NCBI GenBank assembly: GCA_046570105.1 | Contig: JBKHVI010000020.1 | Coordinates: forward strand, 1-42,126 | Direction: 5' to 3' | DNA from: Bacteriovoracia bacterium | GTDB taxonomy: Bacteria; Bdellovibrionota; Bacteriovoracia; Bacteriovoracales; Bacteriovoracaceae | Length of the DNA stretch: 42,126 nt | Shown here: piece by piece, positions 1 to 10,148 of the stretch | Layout: each line of letters begins with the position of its first letter | How positions within the stretch are numbered: position 1 is the stretch's first letter | Notes under the pieces: model-generated | Seen by the model: only the letters and a program-made list of their open reading frames with translations | What the model was told of the DNA's origin: nothing | Database searches by the model: none | Position numbers and translations under genes: made by a program

Positions 1-676
<676 letters not shown>

Positions 677-997
677 AGCTGTCTCCTTGGAACTCGCTCC
701 CGGAATGGATTGGAGCTGGCGCATGAATACAACTAAGCCGGCCGATACGCTTGAGTTGGATTGTCAGAGTTTCTTCCATCATCTGCATCACAACGAGGCA
801 GGCTTTCGTAAAATGAGTTTGATGCTCGAGACTTACGAATGCGAAGCCGCCCAAAGTAAACTCCACGAATGTTTTCCGGTACCAGGCGTCGCTTGTATCG
901 TTGATCAGGGACTTCCTGAAATCACTTGCGGCGCTTGCCGCTAACTCAAGAACAAACTCATTTGACTCGTAGGGACGCTCTTACCTAGACTCATAGG

Positions 998-2692
998 ATG
1001 GAATTCACCCGACCTAAGAGTATGAAGTGGCATGGCTGGGGTCACCCACATTTCACTTTTCCCATGGAAGAAAAGCCTGAGCTGTGGCCTTTCGTGCGCG
1101 AGAAGCTTGGTATCGAGCGTGATCTCTACCAACCGCCTGTTGATCTGACTTCCATTCAATTACCCGCCATTCGTTTGTCGGCTGATTTATTGAAATCACT
1201 TTCTGATTTAGTAGGTGCTGAGTTTGTCAGTACCGATTCGTTTGAGAGACTCACGCACGCCTTCGGAAAAAGCTTTCCCGATTTGTGGCGCGCGCGTGCT
1301 GGTTTGGTGGAGAGTGCGCCTGATGTAGTGGTGTGGCCAGCGTCGCATGAGAATGTGGTGGAGATCGTTGAGTGGGCGAAGAAGCATTCGGTGCATGTGA
1401 TTCCTTTTGGTGGTGGCACTAATATTGTGAACGCATTAGAAGTGAAACCTGAGGCGAAGCAGCCAGTGATCTCCCTTGATATGCGCTCGATGAATGAGTT
1501 GTTAGAGATTGATGCTGAATCTAATCTGGCCTTAATTGAGGCAGGTGCCACGGGGCCAGTGTTAGAGGAGAAACTTTTAGAACATGGATTCTCTCTTGGA
1601 CATTTTCCCGATTCATTTGAATTTTCAACTTTAGGTGGCTGGATTGCCACGCGCTCAGCGGGCATGCAGTCAGATGCCTATGGGCGCATTGAAGATATGG
1701 TAGAAACACTTCATGCCGTGACGGGTGAGCATGTGCTCGAGATGAAACCCTTTCCTGCTACTTCAGCAGGTCCTGATGTCATTGCGCCGCTAATTGGGAG
1801 TGAAGGATCTTTTGGTGTGATCACGCGCGCCTGGATGCGTGTGCATCGAGTGCCTCAGAAGAAAAAATACGTTGGATTTTTATTCAAATCATTCGCACAG
1901 GGTCTTGAAGCCGTTAAGGCCTGTCATGATGCTGATATTAAACCCAGTCTGGTGCGCTTGCAGGATGAGGGAGAGACGGAATTAGCTTTTCATTTAAAAT
2001 CTCCCAAGCCCATTCATAAGACTGTTGTCGAGATGCCAGTAAAAAAATTGCTGAAGACTTTGGGTTACACTCGTCCATCGATTATGGTGGTGGGCTTTGA
2101 AGGAAGTGCGGAGCAAGTTGAGTTTCGCGCGCAATCCGCCGCCCGAGTTTTTAAAAAACTCGGTGGTTTTCCTCTGGGAGACTCGATCGGTGATGCCTGG
2201 TCAAAGGATAAATACAATACGCCTTATCTGCGCGACTACGTGATGGATTATGGCGGCATGGCGGATGTGGCAGAGACTTCGACTTCTTGGAATAATCTTT
2301 TTGATTTGCATGCGAAGGTTCTTGCTGCGGTTGAAGAGGGCGCACGCTTAGAAGGCGTCTCTCACTATGTGGGCTGCCATCTCTCTCATACTTATACTTC
2401 GGGTGGTTGTTTGTACTTCACCTGGGCGATGCTTGGAGGAGATAAGACTCTCGAGCGCTACTATCGCATGAAAGCGCGTGTGACGGATGCCATTGTCGAG
2501 GCCGGAGGAACTTTGTCTCACCATCATGCGGTGGGAACGGAGCACTTACCTTGGCTTGCTCATGAATTAGGTAGCGGTGGCGCTGCTATCTTAAAATCAT
2601 TTAAAAGAATGTTTGATCCTAAGGATGTGTTTAATCCCGGTGGGCTCAAAACTGGTCGCAGTCATAAGTATCTAGGAGAGTCTCGTGGTTGA
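998..2692 (+). CDS. Alkyl-dihydroxyacetonephosphate synthase-like FAD oxidoreductase (AGPS/ADPS family)
   Basis: MKWHGWG N-terminus, PFGGGTN, GHFPDSFEFSTLGGWIATRSAG, CHLSHTY and SHHHAVG motifs characteristic of the AGPS subfamily. Confidence 0.85.
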   Translation: MEFTRPKSMKWHGWGHPHFTFPMEEKPELWPFVREKLGIERDLYQPPVDLTSIQLPAIRLSADLLKSLSDLVGAEFVSTDSFERLTHAFGKSFPDLWRARAGLVESAPDVVVWPASHENVVEIVEWAKKHSVHVIPFGGGTNIVNALEVKPEAKQPVISLDMRSMNELLEIDAESNLALIEAGATGPVLEEKLLEHGFSLGHFPDSFEFSTLGGWIATRSAGMQSDAYGRIEDMVETLHAVTGEHVLEMKPFPATSAGPDVIAPLIGSEGSFGVITRAWMRVHRVPQKKKYVGFLFKSFAQGLEAVKACHDADIKPSLVRLQDEGETELAFHLKSPKPIHKTVVEMPVKKLLKTLGYTRPSIMVVGFEGSAEQVEFRAQSAARVFKKLGGFPLGDSIGDAWSKDKYNTPYLRDYVMDYGGMADVAETSTSWNNLFDLHAKVLAAVEEGARLEGVSHYVGCHLSHTYTSGGCLYFTWAMLGGDKTLERYYRMKARVTDAIVEAGGTLSHHHAVGTEHLPWLAHELGSGGAAILKSFKRMFDPKDVFNPGGLKTGRSHKYLGESRG

Positions 2693-3848
2693 ATGGACAC
2701 TGGTGACTGGAGCGACAGGATTTGTCGGAGGTGAGTGGACACTCAAAGCGCTCTTGCGGGGAGAGTATGTCGCGGCCCTTGTGCGTCCCGGTCGTGAAAG
2801 CGCGGTGGTCTCACATCTTAATAAGCTCGCTGACACTCACGCCTGTGAGCGCCCCTCAGTTGATAAACTTGTCGTGGTGCCGTGGGCCCCTGGTTCAGAA
2901 TTCTCTAGTTTTCAATTACTGCGCCAATCGGGTGTAGAAAAAATTAAAGCGGTCATTCACGCGGCAGCGGATATGGCCTATTCGCTGAATAAACTGCCAC
3001 GCTCCTTAGAAACAAATCTTGGTATGGCCTTGGGCCTCTACAATGCTGTCGCAGAATATGTCCCAGAGGCGAAGAAATTTATTTCTGTTTCTACCGCCTA
3101 TACTTGTGGGCTTAATCCCGGAGAGGTGATTCCGGAAGCGCTTCATCTCACACCAAAACTGGTAAATGGTTATCAGACATCAAAGTGGGCAACAGAGATG
3201 TCACTCACTGAGCGCGCTCGTCAGGGCGGCCCCAAGCTCTGTATCTTGCGCCCCTCGATTGTGGTGGGTGAGAGTGGCCGTGGGATTTATACCGGTAAGT
3301 GTTTTGGTTTTTATATGTTTCTGCGCGCTTTTGCCCTCGCTAAAAAAGCGGGTGCTAAAAAAATGAAAGTGAATATTCGTCCGGAAGCTGAGATTAATTT
3401 ATTACCGATTGATCAGCTGCTGGTTTTGATCGATCGCCTGCTCGTTAATGAGACGACCGGTTTTGTGCACGCTTCGATGGATCGCGGAGTCACGGTGGGC
3501 TTTATGATGAAGTCTATTGGCGCGATTTATGGCTTTCCGATTGAAGAAGGAAAACCGCGCTCCATTCCTGAGCATATCTTTGATCGCCAAGTGCAAGCGA
3601 ACATGGCCTTTGCAAATAAAACTTTCCGCTTTCAAAACCAGACTGCCAAAGAAATTGTTCCTGAATCAAATTGGGAAGATTTGAGTGTGGAGAGTTTTGA
3701 GAAAGTCGTTCGCCAATCTAAAGCACTTTATTTTAAAAAGGCACGCTTCGAGCGCTCGGACTTAGATGTGCTCCCGCAAATGATTCCAGGCCAGCTTCGT
3801 CAGATGGTGAGTTTAGGCGCGAAATTAAAAAAGCAGCTGGTGCGATGA
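2685..3848 (+). CDS. Fatty acyl-CoA reductase-like extended SDR (male-sterility/NAD_binding_4 type)
   Basis: TGATGFVG, VSTAY, YQTSK and RPSIVVG motifs. Overlaps the AGPS stop. Confidence 0.75.
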   Translation: MVEWTLVTGATGFVGGEWTLKALLRGEYVAALVRPGRESAVVSHLNKLADTHACERPSVDKLVVVPWAPGSEFSSFQLLRQSGVEKIKAVIHAAADMAYSLNKLPRSLETNLGMALGLYNAVAEYVPEAKKFISVSTAYTCGLNPGEVIPEALHLTPKLVNGYQTSKWATEMSLTERARQGGPKLCILRPSIVVGESGRGIYTGKCFGFYMFLRAFALAKKAGAKKMKVNIRPEAEINLLPIDQLLVLIDRLLVNETTGFVHASMDRGVTVGFMMKSIGAIYGFPIEEGKPRSIPEHIFDRQVQANMAFANKTFRFQNQTAKEIVPESNWEDLSVESFEKVVRQSKALYFKKARFERSDLDVLPQMIPGQLRQMVSLGAKLKKQLVR

Positions 3849-4303
3849 AGACTTTGCGCTATTTCGAAGATCTCAAACTCAACGATCAATTTATGGGCCC
3901 CACCTATCATTTAACAGCAGATGAGATCGTGAAGTTCGCTCTCACGTATGACCCACAAAGTTTTCATACCGAACCTGACAAAGCCTCGGATTCGTTTTTC
4001 GGTCAGCATGTGGCAAGCGGTTGGCAAGTGGCTTCACTGGGAATGCGTTTATTGGTTTTAGGAGAACACAACTTTGCTGGTGGCATGATAGGTCTGGGAG
4101 TGGAGCGTATTCGCTGGAAGCGTCCGACATTACCTAATACTGATATTAAAATGGTGAGTACTGTTACAGAGCTGCGTCGCTCAGGAAAATTTCCGAAGCA
4201 CGGCATTGTGAAACTTCACCATGTCATAAAAAATGCGCAAGATGAGAGTGAGCTGGCGGAGATGGATACCATTCAAATCGTATTGTTGAAGACTATTTCT
4301 TAA
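3845..4303 (+). CDS. MaoC-family dehydratase
   Basis: YFEDL, YDPQSFH and ASGW motifs. ATGA-coupled to the reductase. Confidence 0.85.
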   Translation: MKTLRYFEDLKLNDQFMGPTYHLTADEIVKFALTYDPQSFHTEPDKASDSFFGQHVASGWQVASLGMRLLVLGEHNFAGGMIGLGVERIRWKRPTLPNTDIKMVSTVTELRRSGKFPKHGIVKLHHVIKNAQDESELAEMDTIQIVLLKTIS

Positions 4304-4715
4304 CCGCGACGACTGCCATGGTCAAACGGCTTATACACACCAATTTGCCTTCATCACTGGTGATTCTAATTTCCCAAACCTGAGTGGTACGACCAACGTG
4401 TAATGGTTTAGCAACTCCGGTGACGGTGCCTGAACGCACTCCAGAAATATGATTGGCGTTGATATCAAGGCCCACACAATAAAACTCTTTTTGATCCACG
4501 CACAGATTGGCGCCGATGCTCCCTAAGGTTTCTGCTAGTGCAACCGAAGCTCCGCCATGCAAAAGTCCATAAGGTTGATGGGTTCTGCTATCAACCGGCA
4601 TGGTGCCTTCGATAGAATCTTCCGTCACCTTAGTGACTTTAATACCTAAGGGGCCTAAGAGGGTGCGGTCATTGGATTTGTTTAATAATTCTGGTGCGAC
4701 GATCTGTAGCTTCAT
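4293..4715 (-). CDS. Hotdog-fold thioesterase (MenI/YdiI/EntH type)
   Basis: QPYGLLHGGASVALAETLGS, GLDINANH and GRTTQVWEI motifs. Confidence 0.92.
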   Translation of the reverse strand: MKLQIVAPELLNKSNDRTLLGPLGIKVTKVTEDSIEGTMPVDSRTHQPYGLLHGGASVALAETLGSIGANLCVDQKEFYCVGLDINANHISGVRSGTVTGVAKPLHVGRTTQVWEIRITSDEGKLVCISRLTMAVVAVKK

Positions 4716-4759
4716 GGGTGTTCTTCCTGTTAGAATAAAGCTACTCCGGGAGATATTGA

Positions 4760-5695
4760 GTGTCCAACCTCGTGCTGATTTTTTTGTGTTTAATCCTAGG
4801 TATTTTAGTCAAGCGCACTGACCGCTTTCCGCTGAACACAGCTCAAGCTCTGAATAGTTTTATTATTTTCATCTCACTTCCATCACTGGTTTTAATTCAA
4901 GTCACTCGACTTTTGCAGACTGCTCAGCTTAGTTGGAATTTATTAGTGCCCGTTTCTATGGCCTGGCTATTATTTTTAGGCGCATGGGCGAGTATTCACT
5001 TCATCGGAATTAAACGAGGCTGGTCAAATGCTCGTACCGGCGCACTCATTCTGACCGCAGGCCTTGGCAATACTTCGTTTGTTGGCTTTCCACTTTTAGA
5101 GGCCATGCTTGGTAGCGAAGCGGTTCCCTGGGGAGTTTTGGTAGATCAACTCGGATCATTCCTGGTGCTCTCAACGCTCGGTCTTCTGGTAGGCTCGATT
5201 TATGGACGTCCCCGTGATGGCGTCAAGCGCACCGTGCTCAAACAAGTTTTTCAATTCCCACCTTTCATTGCACTGATCACTGCTCTGATTTTAGGGAGTA
5301 TTGGCTTTGTATTCACTGGCATCGTAGACACCGTGTTAGTACGCTTAGGTGATACGCTCGTTCCCCTTGCGCTCGTCGCAGTTGGTTTTCAACTTAAAGT
5401 TTCAGTGCCAATTTTAAAGCGCTATGGCCGTCCGTTGAGTCTAGGTTTGTTTTATAAACTCATTCTCGCTCCTATGCTCTTGTCGCTTCTCTATATCGGA
5501 TTTTTTGGACAAACTGATTTTGTCACTCGTGTGACTTTACTTGAGGCTGCCATGGCCACAATGATTACCTCTGCTGTTATTGCTTCAGAATTTAGTCTGG
5601 ATGAAGAGTTGGCAAATTTGATGGTGGGAGTGAGTATTCCGATATCACTTTTATCAGTACCAATGTGGAATTATCTTTTAAGTTTTTGGATGTAA
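4760..5695 (+). CDS. AEC (auxin efflux carrier) family transporter
   Basis: About 10 hydrophobic segments, GNTSFVGFP motif, two-repeat layout. Confidence 0.88.
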   Translation: MSNLVLIFLCLILGILVKRTDRFPLNTAQALNSFIIFISLPSLVLIQVTRLLQTAQLSWNLLVPVSMAWLLFLGAWASIHFIGIKRGWSNARTGALILTAGLGNTSFVGFPLLEAMLGSEAVPWGVLVDQLGSFLVLSTLGLLVGSIYGRPRDGVKRTVLKQVFQFPPFIALITALILGSIGFVFTGIVDTVLVRLGDTLVPLALVAVGFQLKVSVPILKRYGRPLSLGLFYKLILAPMLLSLLYIGFFGQTDFVTRVTLLEAAMATMITSAVIASEFSLDEELANLMVGVSIPISLLSVPMWNYLLSFWM

Positions 5696-5703
5696 GGAGC
5701 TTT

Positions 5704-6657
5704 ATGCTACTGCCCACACCTTTGATTAAAATCGAATCTCTCTCTAAGCTCACCGGTTGTGAGATTTTCGGTAAAGCCGAATTTATGCATTTAGGTGGCA
5801 GTGTCAAAGATCGCGCCGCTTTTGGCATGATTGAGGCGGCCGAGAAGTCAGGAGAACTCAAAGCTGGTGGCATGATTGTCGAAGGCACCGCCGGCAACAC
5901 CGGTATTGGTCTTGCCACACTTGCAGCTCAAAGAGGTTATCGCTGTGTGATTGTTATGCCGGATAATCAAGCGCAGGAAAAATATCAAACATTGAAAGCT
6001 CTTGGTGTGGAACTTATCACAGTACCCCCTTGTCCCTTTGCCAATCAGGCGCACTTTTATCATACCGCTAAAAGAATTGCTGAAGAGCGAGGCGCATTTT
6101 GGGCCAATCAATTTGAAAATACCGCTAATTTTAATATTCACTACACCACGACGGGACCTGAAATCTGGCAGCAAACGAATAAAAAAGTGGATGCTTTCCT
6201 AGCGGCTTCAGGTACCGGTGGCACGATTGGCGGAGTGACTCGTTATCTAAAAGAACAAAAGTCCTCGATTGAAACAGTTTTGGTAGATCCTCTCGGTTCC
6301 GGACTTTTTAGTCATATTAAGTTGGGTGTAATGAAATCCACGGGCTCTTCGATTACCGAAGGCATCGGCATCATGCGGCTCACGGCCAATTTTAAAGAAG
6401 CGAAGATTGATGATGCTGTTCAGATTGATGATCAAAAAATGATTAACATGCTTTACCATCTCGCTCGTCACGATGGTCTGCTCGTTGGAACATCAGCGGC
6501 CTTAAATGTGCAGGCCGCTTATGAATACGCCCTCAAGCACCAAGGCAGCGGTAAGGTCATTGTCACTGTCCTGTGCGATTCAGCGATGAGATATGCTTCG
6601 AAGGTTTTTAATCCTGAATTCTTGCTCGATAAGGGCCTAACTCTAGGAAATATTTAA
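5704..6657 (+). CDS. cysK: Cysteine synthase family PLP enzyme
   Basis: GGSVKDRAA PLP lysine, EGTAGNTG, GTGGT and TEGIG. Start moved to ATG 5704 behind AGGAG. Confidence 0.88.
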   Translation: MLLPTPLIKIESLSKLTGCEIFGKAEFMHLGGSVKDRAAFGMIEAAEKSGELKAGGMIVEGTAGNTGIGLATLAAQRGYRCVIVMPDNQAQEKYQTLKALGVELITVPPCPFANQAHFYHTAKRIAEERGAFWANQFENTANFNIHYTTTGPEIWQQTNKKVDAFLAASGTGGTIGGVTRYLKEQKSSIETVLVDPLGSGLFSHIKLGVMKSTGSSITEGIGIMRLTANFKEAKIDDAVQIDDQKMINMLYHLARHDGLLVGTSAALNVQAAYEYALKHQGSGKVIVTVLCDSAMRYASKVFNPEFLLDKGLTLGNI

Positions 6658-6718
6658 GTTTCTTAAAATGTCGACAAGTTAGCTCAGGTTTTGGATGAGT
6701 GTTTCCGATAACGTAGTT

Positions 6719-7078
6719 ATGAAACGCTGGTTATTCATTCTTTGTATGGTCACGGCCATTCCTTTGTTCGCATCTGAGAGCAAAGATCTTAAATCTGAGA
6801 ATCAAAATTTTAAGCTTTTTTCGAAAGAGAAGTTGTGGGTAAGTGAGAGCTGTCTCAAAAAAGACTGTCTCGCTTTGAAGCAAGGTGATTCGAAAGTTTT
6901 GCGCGATCCTTCGAATCAATTCACCGGTCAGCCAGCAGCTCAATTTTGTATCGAAAATGATGGTAAGTATGTCGTAGGCAAATACGAGTCAGGTGATGAA
7001 GATGGCCTGTGCATCTTTAAAGACAAATCCTACATCCTAGGTTGGGATTATTATAAAAATAACCGGGGTAAAAAATGA
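6719..7078 (+). CDS. Small secreted protein with DUF333-like Cys motif
   Basis: Signal peptide from ATG 6719. GQPAAQFCIENDG...EDGLCIFKD resembles the NPASxYC...CxF pattern of DUF333. Confidence 0.6.
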   Translation: MKRWLFILCMVTAIPLFASESKDLKSENQNFKLFSKEKLWVSESCLKKDCLALKQGDSKVLRDPSNQFTGQPAAQFCIENDGKYVVGKYESGDEDGLCIFKDKSYILGWDYYKNNRGKK

Positions 7079-8388
7079 GATACGTCTTATTTTTTATCAT
7101 CAGTCTTGTTTCGTGGAAAACTTTTGCGGTCGATCCTTACAAGCTCAAGCCGATTGGCATGCTGGGTGTTTGTGACGATAGCTATGTGGAGTTGAAGAAT
7201 CTTCCACCGGTGCGTGATCAAGGGAATTATGGTCTCTGCTATGCTCATTCGAGTGTCATGCTTATTGAGTACCACCGCTGTTCAAAATCCGCTAATCCTA
7301 GCAATTGTTATCGTGATGCCGGTTCGGTTCTGCATTTAGCGCGGTTTAATTCCTATTATGAAAATTCAATTCAAATTGGTGGTCACCCAGGTTCTGTCTT
7401 GAATAATTTTCGTCACAATGGGCGCAAGCTTTCACGTGAAAGTTGTGCCGCTTATACTCAGTGGCAAGAAGTCGAAGATGATTTTAAAGCAAAACTTGGG
7501 AATGCTTCAATTCCCGTCACAGAAACAAGTGAAAACGATATTTTCTATCGCCTATGGGCTCAGCTGAGAAAGCATACCGGTTATGAGGCCCGCGAGTGTT
7601 GGGCACAAGAACTGATCAATGCTGGCCTTGATCAAAACCTCGCTGATGTCATGAATGTCTTAAATAAAGTCAAAGATCTAACTTGGCAGGAATTGCGCTT
7701 TCAGCTTCTTGTACCGAAGCAATGTTTACAGAACCAGATTCTCTATCCTGACTTTGATTTAGTAAAACTAGAAAGTACCACTCAGAAAAAAAGAAGTTTC
7801 AAAGAGTTTCGCGATCAAGTGTTTCGTTCGCTTAAAGCGGGAGCTCCTTTAGAGGCGTCTTTTTGTTCAAGTCTCAATGGACAAGGTAAATGTAATTACC
7901 ATTCAGCTACCATCATTGGTCAGCGGCATGTTTGTAATCGCAACGACTGTGAACTCCAGTTTCGGATTCAAAATAGCTACGGTAAACGCTGGCAAGAAAA
8001 TTACGATGATGGTTGGGTGAATGCAGAAAATCTCGCCAATCTCATGGCGGAATCAAGCTTAGGTGTAATGAGTCTATTGCCGAAAGGGGCCAAGCTCAAT
8101 AACGCACTAACGTCTCCCTACTATGTTGATTCACCCATAAGTAGCTCGGCTAGCAAAGTTCCTGTTCCGGGGAATTCAAATGAGCAGTGCTGGAAACTCG
8201 CCGCAGGAACAGTTCCCACTCCCGCTATAGATAAACCAATCGATAGTCCGCCAACACCAAGTGGTGGGGGATCTTCATTTAAGCCCGGTACTTATAAACC
8301 TGGTACAGTCTTTCGCTGTAAAGATAGCAGTGGCAAGACCATCTTCACCGACAGTCCGCCAAGTGACATGAGTTGTAAGCCGCTTTAA
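7075..8388 (+). CDS. Secreted papain-like (C1) cysteine peptidase with Pro-rich linker and DUF4124-like tail
   Basis: VRDQGNYGLCYAHS (Gln, Cys), YHSATIIG (His) and IQNSYG (Asn). C-terminal VFRCKDSSGKTIFTDSPP. Confidence 0.82.
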   Translation: MRYVLFFIISLVSWKTFAVDPYKLKPIGMLGVCDDSYVELKNLPPVRDQGNYGLCYAHSSVMLIEYHRCSKSANPSNCYRDAGSVLHLARFNSYYENSIQIGGHPGSVLNNFRHNGRKLSRESCAAYTQWQEVEDDFKAKLGNASIPVTETSENDIFYRLWAQLRKHTGYEARECWAQELINAGLDQNLADVMNVLNKVKDLTWQELRFQLLVPKQCLQNQILYPDFDLVKLESTTQKKRSFKEFRDQVFRSLKAGAPLEASFCSSLNGQGKCNYHSATIIGQRHVCNRNDCELQFRIQNSYGKRWQENYDDGWVNAENLANLMAESSLGVMSLLPKGAKLNNALTSPYYVDSPISSSASKVPVPGNSNEQCWKLAAGTVPTPAIDKPIDSPPTPSGGGSSFKPGTYKPGTVFRCKDSSGKTIFTDSPPSDMSCKPL

Positions 8389-9272
8389 AACTTAATGACT
8401 TGATGGAGTTCAGGAATGACGAATTTCATCTCGGGAAATTTTTCTTTAGCGACTTGACTCAACTCATCCATCTTCACACCTGGTACATGCCACTTCTCCA
8501 TTGTTTCTGATTTTATAAAGAAAAAATCGAAATGAATGGGAATGGCATACTTTGGTCTGATCATACCGAATTGTTTTGCGACGACATCATCAAGACTCTT
8601 GTTGTTGGAGATTCCCATAAAGTAGGCGAGGATCTTGCCGGAATATGCCGCCAGGGGTTCATATAAGCGACTTCCGGAGTCGACGATAATATTCCCTTCA
8701 GGATGCTCTAAAAGGAAGCTCATGACTTCGCCTTCTTCAAAGTCATAGAAGTTACCTTTGAAATCCTCTGGGACTTTGCCAGGTAAAAAATAGTAGTCCA
8801 GCGCCGGAATAATAGCGGCATGCTTTCGATTGAAAACTGTCACTTTAAACTTTCCAATATTCAGGCTTTCTTCGTGTTTAACAAATTTAAACGGAACGCT
8901 GGGGGCCTGAAATTTTACGATTCGATGAAGCGATTCTCCACCATATACAGTCGCATTGGTTTGCTCTGCAAAGGCCCCAATGTCACTTGAATGATCAAAG
9001 TGTTGGTGAGAAGCAAAGATCGCCGCGACTGAAGGGCTGTTCCAAATTTTAATAGCTTCTTTGACTTTCTCTTGATCAATTTCTAAAACAGAATTGAACA
9101 TCCAGTGCTTTAAAGTAGGTTTCGTTACAACTGGATCAACTAGTATCGTTGTTTCACCGTCAGTCACTAATACACCAGCAACACCAGTCCAGCGTCCTTC
9201 AAGGGCCGCATAAGAGTTGAGCGATAGAAGAGTTAAACTGAAAAATAAGCTACTTCTTTTTACCCGAAGCAA
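8385..9272 (-). CDS. Secreted metallo-beta-lactamase-fold hydrolase
   Basis: SHQHFDH motif and PIHFD. Start uncertain: TTG 9272 yields a clean signal peptide; the track gives 9347. Confidence 0.8.
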   Translation of the reverse strand: MLRVKRSSLFFSLTLLSLNSYAALEGRWTGVAGVLVTDGETTILVDPVVTKPTLKHWMFNSVLEIDQEKVKEAIKIWNSPSVAAIFASHQHFDHSSDIGAFAEQTNATVYGGESLHRIVKFQAPSVPFKFVKHEESLNIGKFKVTVFNRKHAAIIPALDYYFLPGKVPEDFKGNFYDFEEGEVMSFLLEHPEGNIIVDSGSRLYEPLAAYSGKILAYFMGISNNKSLDDVVAKQFGMIRPKYAIPIHFDFFFIKSETMEKWHVPGVKMDELSQVAKEKFPEMKFVIPELHQVIKF

Positions 9273-9663
9273 TGTCTGAAATTTTCTTGGTAAGATCATC
9301 GATTTTCCATGGTTTTGTAAGATAATCATTTGCTCCGGCAAGAACACAATCCATGATGTAATTTACTTCACTCATAGAAGAAATCATAACAATAGGCAGT
9401 GTTGACGTAGCGGGATTAGCTCGAATTAATTTGACGAGATCAAGTCCTGTTCCATTCTTCATCATGAGATCTGAGAGAACAAAATGAACAGGGTTGGTTT
9501 TTAATGAAGCCTGAATAATCTGGAAGCCCTCATTACCAGAGGATGCGGTCGTGATCTTCGTTATACCAAGTTTTTTCAGACTAGAGATAACAATCATGCG
9601 CATACTCTCAAAATCATCAACCACTAAAAAATGTAATTCTTTGATCTGTTGAGAAAATTCCAT
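9250..9663 (-). CDS. Single-domain CheY-like response regulator
   Basis: LVVDD, phosphoacceptor in VLSDLMM, and YLTKPW. Confidence 0.92.
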   Translation of the reverse strand: MEFSQQIKELHFLVVDDFESMRMIVISSLKKLGITKITTASSGNEGFQIIQASLKTNPVHFVLSDLMMKNGTGLDLVKLIRANPATSTLPIVMISSMSEVNYIMDCVLAGANDYLTKPWKIDDLTKKISDIASGKKK

Positions 9664-9665
9664 GT

Positions 9666-10082
9666 TTATTCTTTTGTGTTCGCGCTGAAAACTAATTCAT
9701 CTGATGGAGCATCAGTTCCATCAAGAAAATTCTGTATATCGGTGTATAGTTGGTTGCGATCTTTAGGGGCCCTGAGAGTGATATTGGCATCGGACAATAG
9801 TTTCATTACGGGTGGTTTAAACGAGCCATTCTGGTCAATCACTAGAAACATCTTAAGTGTAGAGTCAGCCGTATTAAGTTCTTTGATGAACTCGAGCAGG
9901 AACTTGATATCAGAAAATATGACTACAACCTTTCCAACTTGTTTTTGACCTTGATCAATTTCTTCGTGAATAATTGTAGGAACGCAGAATTCACCACGAT
10001 TTTTAAGTTCATCCATCACGGCCTGTGATTCTTTATTCAACGGACCGACGAAGTAATGTAGGAAAGATCCAGCTTGGGCCAT
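9666..10082 (-). CDS. Hypothetical protein, possibly a degenerate receiver-like fold
   Basis: 138-aa ORF 2 nt upstream of the response regulator with an alternating beta/alpha pattern. No diagnostic motif. Confidence 0.55.
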   Translation of the reverse strand: MAQAGSFLHYFVGPLNKESQAVMDELKNRGEFCVPTIIHEEIDQGQKQVGKVVVIFSDIKFLLEFIKELNTADSTLKMFLVIDQNGSFKPPVMKLLSDANITLRAPKDRNQLYTDIQNFLDGTDAPSDELVFSANTKE

Positions 10083-10148
10083 AGCGAATATTATAACTAA
10101 GATCAGTCATTTTTGATGATCAAAACGAAATGATAGTTAATTGATCAG

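Noticed and set aside
8385..9272. Beta-lactamase resistance gene
   Set aside because: HxHxDH marks the whole MBL superfamily. Nothing specific to class B beta-lactamases was seen.
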